Assembly (NCBI GenBank): GCA_965206595.1
Contig: OZ242214.1
Span: 3,712,001-3,776,000, forward strand
Length of the DNA stretch: 64,000 nucleotides
Source: Candidatus Latescibacterota bacterium
GTDB taxonomy: Bacteria > Latescibacterota > UBA2968 > UBA8231
Direction: 5' to 3'
The translations under genes were made by a program, and so were the position numbers. Below the pieces are notes generated by a model that did no database searches, was not told where the DNA came from, and worked only from the letters and a program-made list of their open reading frames with translations. Every line of letters begins with the position of its first letter. Within the stretch, counting starts at the first letter, position 1. Below are positions 30,001-40,502 of this stretch, in pieces.

Positions 30001-30290
30001 AGCGCCTCCAGAGCCATCTTGAAGTAGGCGTTGCCCGACTGGTAAAGCGCCGCTTCGGTGACCGGTGCCGTGATATCTCCTACAGTCACCGTGACCTCTT
30101 CGACGTGGAGAAGGGCACTGTTCACCTGGCCGACCTTCTCGTACTGTTCGACCGCCTGGTCGTATGCTTCGGCCCCGTAGAAGCGCTGCGCCTCTTGAAA
30201 AGAGGCCAGCAAATCCTCCGCGGTGGGCACATACCGGGTCCAGGCTGTAACCCCCAGGCCCAAGGTCACCATGATCCACGCAAGAGGCAT
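27048..30290 (-). CDS. Large periplasmic TPR protein (BamD/YbgF-like repeats, about 1080 aa)
   Basis: N-terminal hydrophobic segment, then many TPR units ending YPxS/FPxS (KYPESKF, RFPDSPQA, EFPDSELA). GGAG lies upstream of 30290. Confidence 0.88.
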   Translation of the reverse strand: MPLAWIMVTLGLGVTAWTRYVPTAEDLLASFQEAQRFYGAEAYDQAVEQYEKVGQVNSALLHVEEVTVTVGDITAPVTEAALYQSGNAYFKMALEALRIAGWGESATDREKAEREAQTFLERAVEFFERVESEATAQGLGVLAQSRLVTTWYEAKDYEQTIVEAQTLISKYPESKFVENAMYDIAWSHFEQGDYESSIRAFEALIRHSQTGFRADRALFQIAECYYLQGDYEKAIGYYEQLVARANVYGLTERDLMRMRREKLAGLVDETALELAAKAQLKIGDGYSRLGKLDRAAEAFERVITLFSTERGFVEEGYRRLADMYYEKGKIEQSIQTYKDAIDRVRDRYFQARMQAQIARRYSESGRFDEAIEEYEVYIKGYDDVAARAGFPVDEAEYNIGRAYYDKGQQALAASQRPVAVSLFREAVARYESTLNAWPDTRLQVGLQFNIALCRQFMGDESSTARALEGFRGIISDFPDDPLVESSLFQVARIFYDQQAYAEALKTYGELLRRFPDSPQASMAHFERGVCHRDQGQEDEAVEAFLIVQAESPLFADARVAAGEILIRKEAYSRTLDIMDEALAFTVTSEVRTRYLYIKAKAHTGEKSHEEAAKDFTGVIDGARDRPRLLVSSLYARGTALLSLGRHGEADRDFERVVEEADDPVLQRAGRRMLGLSLIQQGRELEASRNYEALAAQATDLQEKAEYLLLLAELYHGLKSYDQVVRISREIVEVSGGKPGGGDSIEEKALFLLGDACNRLEDYASVIETYREALRRYPDSIYAPDMTFALGLGYMQMGRPQEAASEFDRFLERHEGDANTSNALYYLGHIRSGQREFGLAIVAFERLVAEFPEHEAAGDAWFRIGESYFNLGKYEEALNAYRTVADDWPGAEQDDALYSGAWVYMELGRGEEAMASLGRLIAEFPDSELAASAKFTVGDYRYNEGQYEEALEAYVGLVNDHPDDKLVAEVPKLIEDLREAVAFTRYQKIAVDFRQAMANEDEESFRRILSHMGELVEEYPGTETELGVLNNMGITYESLNEWNEAVGVYDRVIARHEEGTGTPDAYQFAKQHRDWIVANRL

Positions 30291-30372
30291 CACAGACTCC
30301 TGTCCATAACAGGCCGCACAGACCCGCGCCCCGTCACCGGCTGCAAATCCCGGACATGATCGGGCGGGGCGG

Positions 30373-31701
30373 TCACGTAAGCCATCTCGGCCAGACCGCC
30401 TCTGCCAGGAAGAGCTGGGACTGCTTCTTCTCCCCGGCGCAATACGCAATCCACCGGTCATCCGGCGAAAAAACGGGGTGCGGATGCGGCCCCCCCGCCC
30501 ACGTGGTGTTGTGCCGGACCAACGGGCGCACCTCGAGATAGGAGCCGCGTTTGCGGAACACCCCTATCCACTCATGAGCGGGAAAGCCCGGTGCGCTGGC
30601 CTCGGGCCAGTAGTGCAGCCAGTAGTCGAAATCCACCGAGTCATCTCGACGGTAGCCGCTGCCGTTCACACCGCGGCCTTCCAGCCACAGGAAACCGGGG
30701 TCCGCCCGGTCGCCGGCCCACATGTCGTCGGCGTTGTTGCACTTGAAGTGGGTGGGTGCCAGTCCCGGGAACACCCACCGGCTGGTCGTGCGCCGCGCCA
30801 AGTCGACATCGAGCAGCATCGCCAGCTTTTGCTCCTGAGCGATGGGGATTCCGTCCCGGTCGTAGGCCGTATGGCGGTAGTGGAACGACTCGACGTGGGC
30901 GTCTGGCGCTGAATAGTAGTGGTTCACGTAGTCGTACGGCTGCTGGTCGAATAGCGGCATCGGGTCGTGTATCGGTCTGAGACGCTCGAGATCGACTTTC
31001 ATGAACCAGGCGGTCTTGACGCCCGTTGGCTGCAACCTCGAGTAGCTGCCGAACCACACGTAGGACGGGTCGCCGCGACTGATGAAGAGGTGGCTGTCGG
31101 GGGCTGCCCGGTTGTCCGCGCTCGGTCCGTGATAGACCACTTCCTGCCGCTTGTCCTGTACGTCGACCAGGAGCACCATCGCTTCTCTGCCGTAGCGGTA
31201 GGCATAACTGGTGCGCCTGGACTCCGGGCCGCAGCCGAGGACGAGATAGCGCCCGCACGACGACAGGTCCGGACCGTGCAGGGCTCCGCAGCCCTCAGGC
31301 GACTCGGCGACCGCCTCTTCGCGCAGCGTCTCCACATCCAGGGCGAGGAACTGCCTGTCGCGTCCGAAGTAGACGATGCCGCGCTGGGGATCGACGGTGA
31401 AGCCGCCCGACGGCGCATCGTCCGTGAGTTGCACGATCTTGCCAGAAGCCACCTCCACCGTGTAGAGCTGTTGCGTGCCGGTGCGGTTGGACGTGAATAC
31501 GAATCGCTCTGAACCACCGATGAACTGCTCCTGATTGTAATAGGCGTTCGTGTTGGCACACGGCTGGTCCGTCAGTTGGAGCACTCGCACATCCGTCGCC
31601 GGGTCTGAGAATTCCCGCTTCTCAGAAGGATATGTGTCACCCTTTGCCACGCCTACACGCTCCCAGTCTTCGTCATGAATGCTCGCAACCATTTCCTGCA
31701 A
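30373..31701 (-). CDS. Oligogalacturonate lyase (Ogl)-like beta-propeller protein
   Basis: DPATDVRVLQLTD, FVFTSNRTG, GKIVQLTD and C-terminal HPHPVFSPDDRWI. No signal peptide. Confidence 0.75.
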   Translation of the reverse strand: MQEMVASIHDEDWERVGVAKGDTYPSEKREFSDPATDVRVLQLTDQPCANTNAYYNQEQFIGGSERFVFTSNRTGTQQLYTVEVASGKIVQLTDDAPSGGFTVDPQRGIVYFGRDRQFLALDVETLREEAVAESPEGCGALHGPDLSSCGRYLVLGCGPESRRTSYAYRYGREAMVLLVDVQDKRQEVVYHGPSADNRAAPDSHLFISRGDPSYVWFGSYSRLQPTGVKTAWFMKVDLERLRPIHDPMPLFDQQPYDYVNHYYSAPDAHVESFHYRHTAYDRDGIPIAQEQKLAMLLDVDLARRTTSRWVFPGLAPTHFKCNNADDMWAGDRADPGFLWLEGRGVNGSGYRRDDSVDFDYWLHYWPEASAPGFPAHEWIGVFRKRGSYLEVRPLVRHNTTWAGGPHPHPVFSPDDRWIAYCAGEKKQSQLFLAEAVWPRWLT

Positions 31702-34700
31702 TCAATACAGCACGTTCTGCCCATACCCCATGAACAGGCGCACGAAGATCTCCGTCGTGTCGAAGCTCTCGAGGAAGCGGAATTCGTCTGCGTACTCCAG
31801 CCTGTCCTGCTTGACCCCCAGATTGGTGGAAATCCTGTACCCCGAGTAATCAGAGATGTTGGAGAGGAAAACCATCGTCGTCCGCCGTTTGAAGCTGTTG
31901 CGCGGCTCGGCCAGGTGGGTTTCCTCGAACCACCAGCCCGGGAGCCCCTGGAGACCCGCCTTCACCTCCGTCGCCGGAGACAGTTCATAGCGAGCCTTGA
32001 AGAGAGGGACGACCGTGTGGGTGTGGTCCAACGCCCGCTTTCCCAGCTGCCGGGTCCGCTTCAACCAGAGTCCTTTCAGGGCCGGCTGCAGCGTCAGATT
32101 CCCCCAGCGCCACGTGTAGTCGGCCTGCTGCACCCACGCGAGGGAACGGATCCGGTCCCTGACTTGCTCCGAACCGTCCCCTAGCCGACCCCCGTACTGC
32201 CGGTTGTGTTCCAGTTTCATCCGGGTGACGATCCGCCAGCCGGGAAGCCACCTCAGGGTGCCCGATATGTACAACCGGTTCGCCAGGCTGTTGCGATAGT
32301 GCAACGGATCGAAGGTGAACGTCGGAAAATACGCGAATCGCCCCTCATCGTTCCTGAGGAATCTCTGGTCTACGTTCGCGGCCGCCGCCGTCCAGCTGAA
32401 CACGTCATTCGGAACATCGTCCCACACCCGCTTCAGCTCGTTCTCGATCAGCCATTCCCCCACCTCGGGACGCTCGCCGCTGTAGTGCAGCCGGAGGTAG
32501 CCCTGGTCGTTGCGGCCTCCGCCGGCAATCTGATGAGATTTCAGCCAGCCCGCCGTCGCCTCTGCGCCTGTCCATGGCTTCCAGCGGACATAACCATGCC
32601 CCCCCCGCAGATCCCGGTCATACGGAAAGTCTTCCTTGCGGTCGTCCTCGCGCTCGTCCACGACATCGTTGTTGTTGAAATCCAGACCGTACACGTATTC
32701 ATCCGGATCCACCTGGTAGAGCAGGAAAGGCTCCAGATAATCCGGCAGCCCGTTCAGGTTGCGGTTGGTATCCGGGATACCGTCGTTGTCCGCATCCTGT
32801 CCGGGGAACACGGCCAGATCACGGGGGGCCGCGCCGCGGACCTTGAGCTCCGGGTTGGCGTCCCCATCATCGTTGTCCTCGACAAGAGAGAAGAAGGTCG
32901 TCCTGTTCCTCACGTAGGGCTGGCCTCCTCCAAGCCCCCCGACATCACCAGGCCGCTTCATCATTCGCTCGTTGAACCTGGGCCCGATGGAAAACAGCTC
33001 TGCCCCGAAACCGTAGCGCGCCCTCTCCCGCTCGAGTTGAACGTACGCGGCCCGATCCCGAGCGTCGTGGCGCTCGCCGTTGCCCTCGTAGAGGGGAGGG
33101 TCCGGGTCGGTGCTCCCCGGGATGGAAGGCAGCTCCTGCCCGGGCACCCCGTCCCGGTAGCGGCTGTATCTGATGCTCTCGGCAAACTCCCCACGCATCC
33201 GCAGACCTGCGAGGTCCAGGGCCATGTTCGCGCCCCACACCGATTGCCCGGTCTCATTGCCGATCGAAATCCGTATCCGCTCGACATTCGACAGATCCTG
33301 CACATTCCCCTCTGCACGACGCACCGTCTTGTAGAACGGCGCCTCGTAGCGATCATCATGCGGAGTGCCTTCCCTCGCATTCACCACACCGATGTCGGCG
33401 ACCTCGATCCGGTAGTCATTACCCAGGGACGCCTCCACCTCCACCGAGCGCACGTGGGTCAACCCCTCCAGATTGAAGTAGTACACCAGGGCTTCGGTCC
33501 CGTCCGCGCGCTGAACCTGCCTCGGGTCTTCCCAGCCTATGAACCTCACCAGCCGATCTACGTCGGCGGACTCGGCCACCTCATCATCATTATCCGGGTC
33601 GTCGTCCGCAAGATTCTCCGCGTGATCCTTCCGAAACAGGTAGTCGGCATACAGCGGTTTTTCCATCTCGAAATAGGGATTGTTCGGGTTGCTCCCTGCG
33701 GTGGGATCGTAGTAGAAGCTGGGCCGGAAAGTCCCCTGGAGCGTCGTCGTCCCGACCACCGTGAACCTGTTATCCAGGTCCCGACGTATCACGTCCGGCG
33801 CTAGGTCCGGGCGCGGTTGACCATTGACCACCAACTGCACCCCGTACACGACGGGACCACCTCGTCCATCGCTCGGCGAATCGTCCGAGATCCGCACCGC
33901 AATGAGGGCCGGGATCGGCTGCGTGGCGTGCAGATCTCCCTTCAAGGCGGTCATCGGCGTGCGTACATCGAAGAAGTGCAGGTTGGCAAAGGTGGCGCCC
34001 AACCGCAACGGCCCCGTCTCGCGATCATAGTGTCCGGCCAGGATAATCGCCGAATCGTCGCCACCTCCATGTAATCCTCTTCCGTCCGAATAGCCCAAAT
34101 ACTGATAGGAGGCTACCAGGCTCAGGGCATCGCCGAAGGGGGTCAGAATGTCTCCCCGGGCGCCCTGTAGCGACACTCGATTCAGCGTCAGCGGCGTGAA
34201 CCGCGTGATGATCCCATGGGTCCAGAACCCACGAGTACCAGCCTGGGAAAAGATCAGATTGCTCGCCCATCCCGAGTAAGTCTGCCCGCCCATGGACAAG
34301 ACCCCGTGAAAGTTGGCGAGATTGGATTGAATACGACTGCTTCCACTGCGGATGTCGCCCGTCCTGGATTGTTCCGCGTTCCAGGTGGCCACTTGCCGAC
34401 CGCTGATCAGGAAGTTGCCGAGCGGATCGTAGATGTTGGACCACGGCGGCACACCCGACAGCGATTCGTAGTTGCGATACCCCGTGAAGGCGTAGTTCCG
34501 ATACACCTCCCCCGGGTCCCCCAGGAACATCCGATCCGGCACGACCGAGGGCACTTTCGGCGTCTCCTTCCACCGACGCTCCACCGTCCACAGCTCCTCC
34601 TCCTGGGCCTCAACCCACCTCGCTTCCCCCCCTATGGCAACCGTCATCGCCACCAGATAGAGGGCGGCAGAAACACGCCTTCTTCGATAGCCGTACCGGC

Positions 34701-34737
34701 TCCCTGCCTCCTCCGTTCTTTTGCCTTTACGCACCAT
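31702..34737 (-). CDS. Large exported hypothetical protein with Ca-binding Asp-rich block and beta-strand-rich C-terminus (paralog 4)
   Basis: Signal peptide; shared family motifs YRNYA, YDPLGN, TRFTPLT, GNVQDLSN, LVEDNDD..FPGQDADNDGIPDTN..PDYLEPFL, YSGY. Confidence 0.8.
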   Translation of the reverse strand: MVRKGKRTEEAGSRYGYRRRRVSAALYLVAMTVAIGGEARWVEAQEEELWTVERRWKETPKVPSVVPDRMFLGDPGEVYRNYAFTGYRNYESLSGVPPWSNIYDPLGNFLISGRQVATWNAEQSRTGDIRSGSSRIQSNLANFHGVLSMGGQTYSGWASNLIFSQAGTRGFWTHGIITRFTPLTLNRVSLQGARGDILTPFGDALSLVASYQYLGYSDGRGLHGGGDDSAIILAGHYDRETGPLRLGATFANLHFFDVRTPMTALKGDLHATQPIPALIAVRISDDSPSDGRGGPVVYGVQLVVNGQPRPDLAPDVIRRDLDNRFTVVGTTTLQGTFRPSFYYDPTAGSNPNNPYFEMEKPLYADYLFRKDHAENLADDDPDNDDEVAESADVDRLVRFIGWEDPRQVQRADGTEALVYYFNLEGLTHVRSVEVEASLGNDYRIEVADIGVVNAREGTPHDDRYEAPFYKTVRRAEGNVQDLSNVERIRISIGNETGQSVWGANMALDLAGLRMRGEFAESIRYSRYRDGVPGQELPSIPGSTDPDPPLYEGNGERHDARDRAAYVQLERERARYGFGAELFSIGPRFNERMMKRPGDVGGLGGGQPYVRNRTTFFSLVEDNDDGDANPELKVRGAAPRDLAVFPGQDADNDGIPDTNRNLNGLPDYLEPFLLYQVDPDEYVYGLDFNNNDVVDEREDDRKEDFPYDRDLRGGHGYVRWKPWTGAEATAGWLKSHQIAGGGRNDQGYLRLHYSGERPEVGEWLIENELKRVWDDVPNDVFSWTAAAANVDQRFLRNDEGRFAYFPTFTFDPLHYRNSLANRLYISGTLRWLPGWRIVTRMKLEHNRQYGGRLGDGSEQVRDRIRSLAWVQQADYTWRWGNLTLQPALKGLWLKRTRQLGKRALDHTHTVVPLFKARYELSPATEVKAGLQGLPGWWFEETHLAEPRNSFKRRTTMVFLSNISDYSGYRISTNLGVKQDRLEYADEFRFLESFDTTEIFVRLFMGYGQNVLY

Positions 34738-34752
34738 GCAGTGTATCCCGGC

Positions 34753-37638
34753 CTATAGAGATCGCGACACCGCGGTCTTCCGCCCTTCCGAGGCCCTCAG
34801 CCCTACAACCATGCGGACGAAGAAGTGTGAGTAGTCTATGTCCTCGATCCCGCGACTGCGATCGTCCATCCGGCGCCGCTTGAGCTGATAGCCGGCGTTG
34901 AAGCTCATTTCGTATCCGCTGTACGACGAGGTGTTGGTCACCATCGCCAGATAGTCCTGCGATTCGTAGTCAGCCGAATCGTTCAAAATGTCCCGATAGC
35001 GACCCGGCGCCTGCACCCCGAGCTTCACCACCGTATTGGGACTCAGCCTGAAGTCCAGCCGCAGAATGGGATAGTAGTGCACCTCGTGAGCCGGCAGCAC
35101 CACCGCTTTCCGATCCGTCGTCCTCCGGGCCATGTACTTCAGCTGGGGCCGGACCGTCCAGTTCCCCCGGGTCCACACGTAATCCGCCGCGATCACCGAG
35201 GTCCAGTCCTGGATCCGGTTGGCCTTCTGGACCGACGTTTGCCGCTGGAAATTCAGATTCAGTTTCGCATTCGCGCGCACGCTGAATCCCGGAAACCACT
35301 TCAGGCGGCCCTCCACAAACGTCGTATTCACCACGCTGTTGCGCATGCGCAGGGGCCGGTCCTGATACCACGTGATACCGATGCCGATCAGATCATCGGG
35401 GTTCACCCCGCGAGTGCCCACCGGAGTGATCGGTCCCAACGGCCCGAAGGTGTCGTCATGGGAAAATCGATACAGTTCGTCGGGGATGGTGTCCTTGACC
35501 CTCTTCAGAAAGTTGACCGCCTGGATCCTGCCCAACGACGGCTCGTCCCTGGTGTACTCCGCCTTGCCATACCTCATCCAGTTGCGCCCCCCGCCCAGGA
35601 CCTGACGCAGGTCGAGCATGCCCAGCCTCAACTGCAGCCCGTTGTCCCAACGCCCCCCGCTGAACAGGTGAAAACCTTCCGAATCCCTGTCGTAGGGGTA
35701 GTCGGGCTTGTCGTCGTCCTCGCGGCGGTCGATCACCCCGTTGTTGTTCATGTCGTCCCCGTAAACGAAATCGTCGGGATCGACATAGTAGAGCAGAAAG
35801 GGCTCCAGATAGTCCGGCAGACTGTTGTTGTTCTGGTTGATGTCCGGACGGCCGTCCAGATCTCCATCCAGTCCGGGAAATACGCCGTCGCGGTCGGCGA
35901 ACGCCGGCAGGAAGTGGTTCTCCGGGAAGACATCGCGATCGTCGTTGTCGTCCACCAGATCCAATTCCATGGTGTTGTTGCGCGTCTCGTCGACCGTCCC
36001 GCCCAGATCGGTGAAAAAGGGCACGCCGCCGTAAAGCGCCAGACTCCCATCTTGAATGGAGAGCGTCGTCGTGTAGTGCGGGGAGATACTGAACAGCTCT
36101 CCTCCCAGAAAACCCGGCCCTACGTCCTTTTTCACGTTGACGTAATACGCTTCCGCCCGGCGCTGGTGGTAGCGCCCCCCCAGGTCGGAATACTGTCTGA
36201 AGTCCCAGTTCAGGTCATACTCGGCGCTCAACTGAAAACCCAGCACCGCCGTCGAAAGGGTTACCCCACCGACGGTGACCCCCGTCTGCCGACCGTAGTC
36301 GAACCCCACCCAACCCAGATTGCTCAGGTCCGTCACGCGCCCTTGGGATCCGGCAACCCGGTAGAAATACGTCGCCCGGTTTCGATCCTGAGGCCGGTTC
36401 GACTCCTTGCTCACGAGACCAGCCACAAACACCTCCGACACGCTGATCTCGTAGTCGTTGGCCACCAGCGCCTCGAAACGAACCTCCCGCGCCCCCGCCT
36501 CGGGCATGGCGAACCAATACAACAAATACTCCGTGCCGCTGGCCTCCAGCCCATCCGCCCCCGCCGTCTCCGTGGGCAGAAAAGGCTCCGGCGCTGCCGC
36601 GCTCTTGATGAACTCCACATACGGAGGAATCGTACGGCCGCGCGGGAAGAGCCGGTCGTTGTTGGCGTTGGCCCCCAGGTTGCTCTGCTCGAGCACCTCC
36701 GTATCGTGACGCGTGATCACAGGACGAAGGTCGTCCCTCGCTGCGCCGTTGATAAACAGGCGCACATCGAACACACGCGCCCCTTGCCCATCCCGCTCCG
36801 TCTCATCCGCTATCTTGACCACCAGGTATTCGATGAACGACGGCCGCCGCGCTACCCCGATCCCTCCCGGATCGTGAACCGGAAGGGTGCCCTTCAAGCT
36901 GTTCTGGGCCAGCCCAACCTGGGTGTCCACCCGAAACTGATTCAGATACGAAACCCCCACATCGAACATCCCTACACGGGTCTGGCCGTGGCCACCCAGC
37001 AGAAACGCCGCCAACAAGCTTCGGGACAGACCCCGAACCTCCTCCACCCTCTGATCGTAACCGACGTTGTCTTCGTACGAAAAGATGGCCTCCAGCTCGT
37101 AGATGGGCCGGTCCAGACGCGAGGTCACCAGGGTTAAGCCGTGGCGCCCGAAATCCCAATCCCAGCGAATCCCGTTCAAAGCTGCCATGTCCATCGCCAA
37201 TGAAGAAAAACGCGTGCGAATCCGATCCCCTATGATGAGCCGCTGGTTGGCGCCGACGTAGGTGTCCTTGGCCAGAACCAGTCGGGCCAGGAATTCGTGA
37301 TAAAGCAGACTCTTTTTGAGTCGGCTGCCCGGATCACGGGCTTCCGTCGTCGGATCGTCGAACACCGGATGAGACTCGGACAGCCGGTAGAGCTCCACCC
37401 CGTCCATGAGCAGGTTGCCGAAATCATCGAAAACCAGCGTCGTCGTGCGATCGAACTCCTGGCGCCCCGTCCTGCGATAGCCCTGTAGCCCGTAATTCTC
37501 ATACTCCGGCACCGGTCGGGACAGAAGAGAGCGGCGCGATACCAGCTGAGCCCCACCCTCACTCGGCCACAGGAGGACCACGCTCAGCACCAGAGACACA
37601 GGGTCTGGTCTTTTTCCTTTAAGCACGATACAGCGCAT
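34753..37638 (-). CDS. Large exported hypothetical protein (paralog 3, tandem duplicate)
   Basis: 961 aa with the same family motifs; nearly identical to 37660-40563. Confidence 0.8.
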   Translation of the reverse strand: MRCIVLKGKRPDPVSLVLSVVLLWPSEGGAQLVSRRSLLSRPVPEYENYGLQGYRRTGRQEFDRTTTLVFDDFGNLLMDGVELYRLSESHPVFDDPTTEARDPGSRLKKSLLYHEFLARLVLAKDTYVGANQRLIIGDRIRTRFSSLAMDMAALNGIRWDWDFGRHGLTLVTSRLDRPIYELEAIFSYEDNVGYDQRVEEVRGLSRSLLAAFLLGGHGQTRVGMFDVGVSYLNQFRVDTQVGLAQNSLKGTLPVHDPGGIGVARRPSFIEYLVVKIADETERDGQGARVFDVRLFINGAARDDLRPVITRHDTEVLEQSNLGANANNDRLFPRGRTIPPYVEFIKSAAAPEPFLPTETAGADGLEASGTEYLLYWFAMPEAGAREVRFEALVANDYEISVSEVFVAGLVSKESNRPQDRNRATYFYRVAGSQGRVTDLSNLGWVGFDYGRQTGVTVGGVTLSTAVLGFQLSAEYDLNWDFRQYSDLGGRYHQRRAEAYYVNVKKDVGPGFLGGELFSISPHYTTTLSIQDGSLALYGGVPFFTDLGGTVDETRNNTMELDLVDDNDDRDVFPENHFLPAFADRDGVFPGLDGDLDGRPDINQNNNSLPDYLEPFLLYYVDPDDFVYGDDMNNNGVIDRREDDDKPDYPYDRDSEGFHLFSGGRWDNGLQLRLGMLDLRQVLGGGRNWMRYGKAEYTRDEPSLGRIQAVNFLKRVKDTIPDELYRFSHDDTFGPLGPITPVGTRGVNPDDLIGIGITWYQDRPLRMRNSVVNTTFVEGRLKWFPGFSVRANAKLNLNFQRQTSVQKANRIQDWTSVIAADYVWTRGNWTVRPQLKYMARRTTDRKAVVLPAHEVHYYPILRLDFRLSPNTVVKLGVQAPGRYRDILNDSADYESQDYLAMVTNTSSYSGYEMSFNAGYQLKRRRMDDRSRGIEDIDYSHFFVRMVVGLRASEGRKTAVSRSL

Positions 37639-40502
37639 CCTGAATCGTCATCACCTGGGTCACGTCCCTGCGTTCCGTGCAACCGCGGTCTTCCGCCCTT
37701 CCGAGGCCCTCAGCCCTACAACCATGCGGACGAAGAAGTGTGAGTAGTCTATGTCCTCGATCCCGCGACTGCGATCGTCCATCCGGCGCCGCTTGAGCTG
37801 ATAGCCGGCGTTGAAGCTCATTTCGTATCCGCTGTACGACGAGGTGTTGGTCACCATCGCCAGATAGTCCTGCGATTCGTAGTCAGCCGAATCGTTCAAA
37901 ATGTCCCGATAGCGACCCGGCGCCTGCACCCCGAGCTTCACCACCGTATTGGGACTCAGCCTGAAGTCCAGCCGCAGAATGGGATAGTAGTGCACCTCGT
38001 GAGCCGGCAGCACCACCGCTTTCCGATCCGTCGTCCTCCGGGCCATGTACTTCAGCTGGGGCCGGACCGTCCAGTTCCCCCGGGTCCACACGTAATCCGC
38101 CGCGATCACCGAGGTCCAGTCCTGGATCCGGTTGGCCTTCTGGACCGACGTTTGCCGCTGGAAATTCAGATTCAGTTTCGCATTCGCGCGCACGCTGAAT
38201 CCCGGAAACCACTTCAGGCGGCCCTCCACAAACGTCGTATTCACCACGCTGTTGCGCATGCGCAGGGGCCGGTCCTGATACCACGTGATACCGATGCCGA
38301 TCAGATCATCGGGGTTCACCCCGCGAGTGCCCACCGGAGTGATCGGTCCCAACGGCCCGAAGGTGTCGTCATGGGAAAATCGATACAGTTCGTCGGGGAT
38401 GGTGTCCTTGACCCTCTTCAGAAAGTTGACCGCCTGGATCCTGCCCAACGACGGCTCGTCCCTGGTGTACTCCGCCTTGCCATACCTCATCCAGTTGCGC
38501 CCCCCGCCCAGGACCTGACGCAGGTCGAGCATGCCCAGCCTCAACTGCAGCCCGTTGTCCCAACGCCCCCCGCTGAACAGGTGAAAACCTTCCGAATCCC
38601 TGTCGTAGGGGTAGTCGGGCTTGTCGTCGTCCTCGCGGCGGTCGATCACCCCGTTGTTGTTCATGTCGTCCCCGTAAACGAAATCGTCGGGATCGACATA
38701 GTAGAGCAGAAAGGGCTCCAGATAGTCCGGCAGACTGTTGTTGTTCTGGTTGATGTCCGGACGGCCGTCCAGATCTCCATCCAGTCCGGGAAATACGCCG
38801 TCGCGGTCGGCGAACGCCGGCAGGAAGTGGTTCTCCGGGAAGACATCGCGATCGTCGTTGTCGTCCACCAGATCCAATTCCATGGTGTTGTTGCGCGTCT
38901 CGTCGACCGTCCCGCCCAGATCGGTGAAAAAGGGCACGCCGCCGTAAAGCGCCAGACTCCCATCTTGAATGGAGAGCGTCGTCGTGTAGTGCGGGGAGAT
39001 ACTGAACAGCTCTCCTCCCAGAAAACCCGGCCCTACGTCCTTTTTCACGTTGACGTAATACGCTTCCGCCCGGCGCTGGTGGTAGCGCCCCCCCAGGTCG
39101 GAATACTGTCTGAAGTCCCAGTTCAGGTCATACTCGGCGCTCAACTGAAAACCCAGCACCGCCGTCGAAAGGGTTACCCCACCGACGGTGACCCCCGTCT
39201 GCCGACCGTAGTCGAACCCCACCCAACCCAGATTGCTCAGGTCCGTCACGCGCCCTTGGGATCCGGCAACCCGGTAGAAATACGTCGCCCGGTTTCGATC
39301 CTGAGGCCGGTTCGACTCCTTGCTCACGAGACCAGCCACAAACACCTCCGACACGCTGATCTCGTAGTCGTTGGCCACCAGCGCCTCGAAACGAACCTCC
39401 CGCGCCCCCGCCTCGGGCATGGCGAACCAATACAACAAATACTCCGTGCCGCTGGCCTCCAGCCCATCCGCCCCCGCCGTCTCCGTGGGCAGAAAAGGCT
39501 CCGGCGCTGCCGCGCTCTTGATGAACTCCACATACGGAGGAATCGTACGGCCGCGCGGGAAGAGCCGGTCGTTGTTGGCGTTGGCCCCCAGGTTGCTCTG
39601 CTCGAGCACCTCCGTATCGTGACGCGTGATCACAGGACGAAGGTCGTCCCTCGCTGCGCCGTTGATAAACAGGCGCACATCGAACACACGCGCCCCTTGC
39701 CCATCCCGCTCCGTCTCATCCGCTATCTTGACCACCAGGTATTCGATGAACGACGGCCGCCGCGCTACCCCGATCCCTCCCGGATCGTGAACCGGAAGGG
39801 TGCCCTTCAAGCTGTTCTGGGCCAGCCCAACCTGGGTGTCCACCCGAAACTGATTCAGATACGAAACCCCCACATCGAACATCCCTACACGGGTCTGGCC
39901 GTGGCCACCCAGCAGAAACGCCGCCAACAAGCTTCGGGACAGACCCCGAACCTCCTCCACCCTTGAATCGTAATGGACGTTGTCTTCGTACGAAAAGATG
40001 GCCTCCAGCTCGTAGATGGGCCGGTCCAGACGCGAGGTCACCAGGGTTAAGCCGTGGCGCCCGAAATCCCAATCCCAGCGAATCCCGTTCAAAGCTGCCA
40101 TGTCCATCGCCAATGAAGAAAAACGCGTGCGAATCCGATCCCCTATGATGAGCCGCTGGTTGGCGCCGACGTAGGTGTCCTTGGCCAGAACCAGTCGGGC
40201 CAGGAATTCGTGATAAAGCAGACTCTTTTTGAGTCGGCTGCCCGGATCACGGGCTTCCGTCGTCGGATCGTCGAACACCGGATGAGACTCGGACAGCCGG
40301 TAGAGCTCCACCCCGTCCATGAGCAGGTTGCCGAAATCATCGAAAACCAGCGTCGTCGTGCGATCGAACTCCTGGCGCCCCGTCCTGCGATAGCCCTGTA
40401 GCCCGTAATTCTCATACTCCGGCACCGGTCGGGACAGAAGAGAGCGGCGCGATACCAGCTGAGCCCCACCCTCACTCGGCCACAGGAGGACCACGCTCAG
40501 CA
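34769..40502. repeat. Tandem direct duplication: 34769-37589 and 37682-40502 (2821 bp each, offset 2913)
   Basis: Boundaries read base by base. ORFs in all frames repeat at offset 2913. The only differences I found are at 37051-37053 and 37061-37062. Confidence 0.95.

Noticed and set aside
37051-39975. Diversity-generating retroelement (TR/VR pair) as the cause of the near-identical repeats
   Set aside because: The differences are not adenine-specific (GGT/CAT, CAG/TCA), the repeat is gene-length, and no reverse transcriptase is present.
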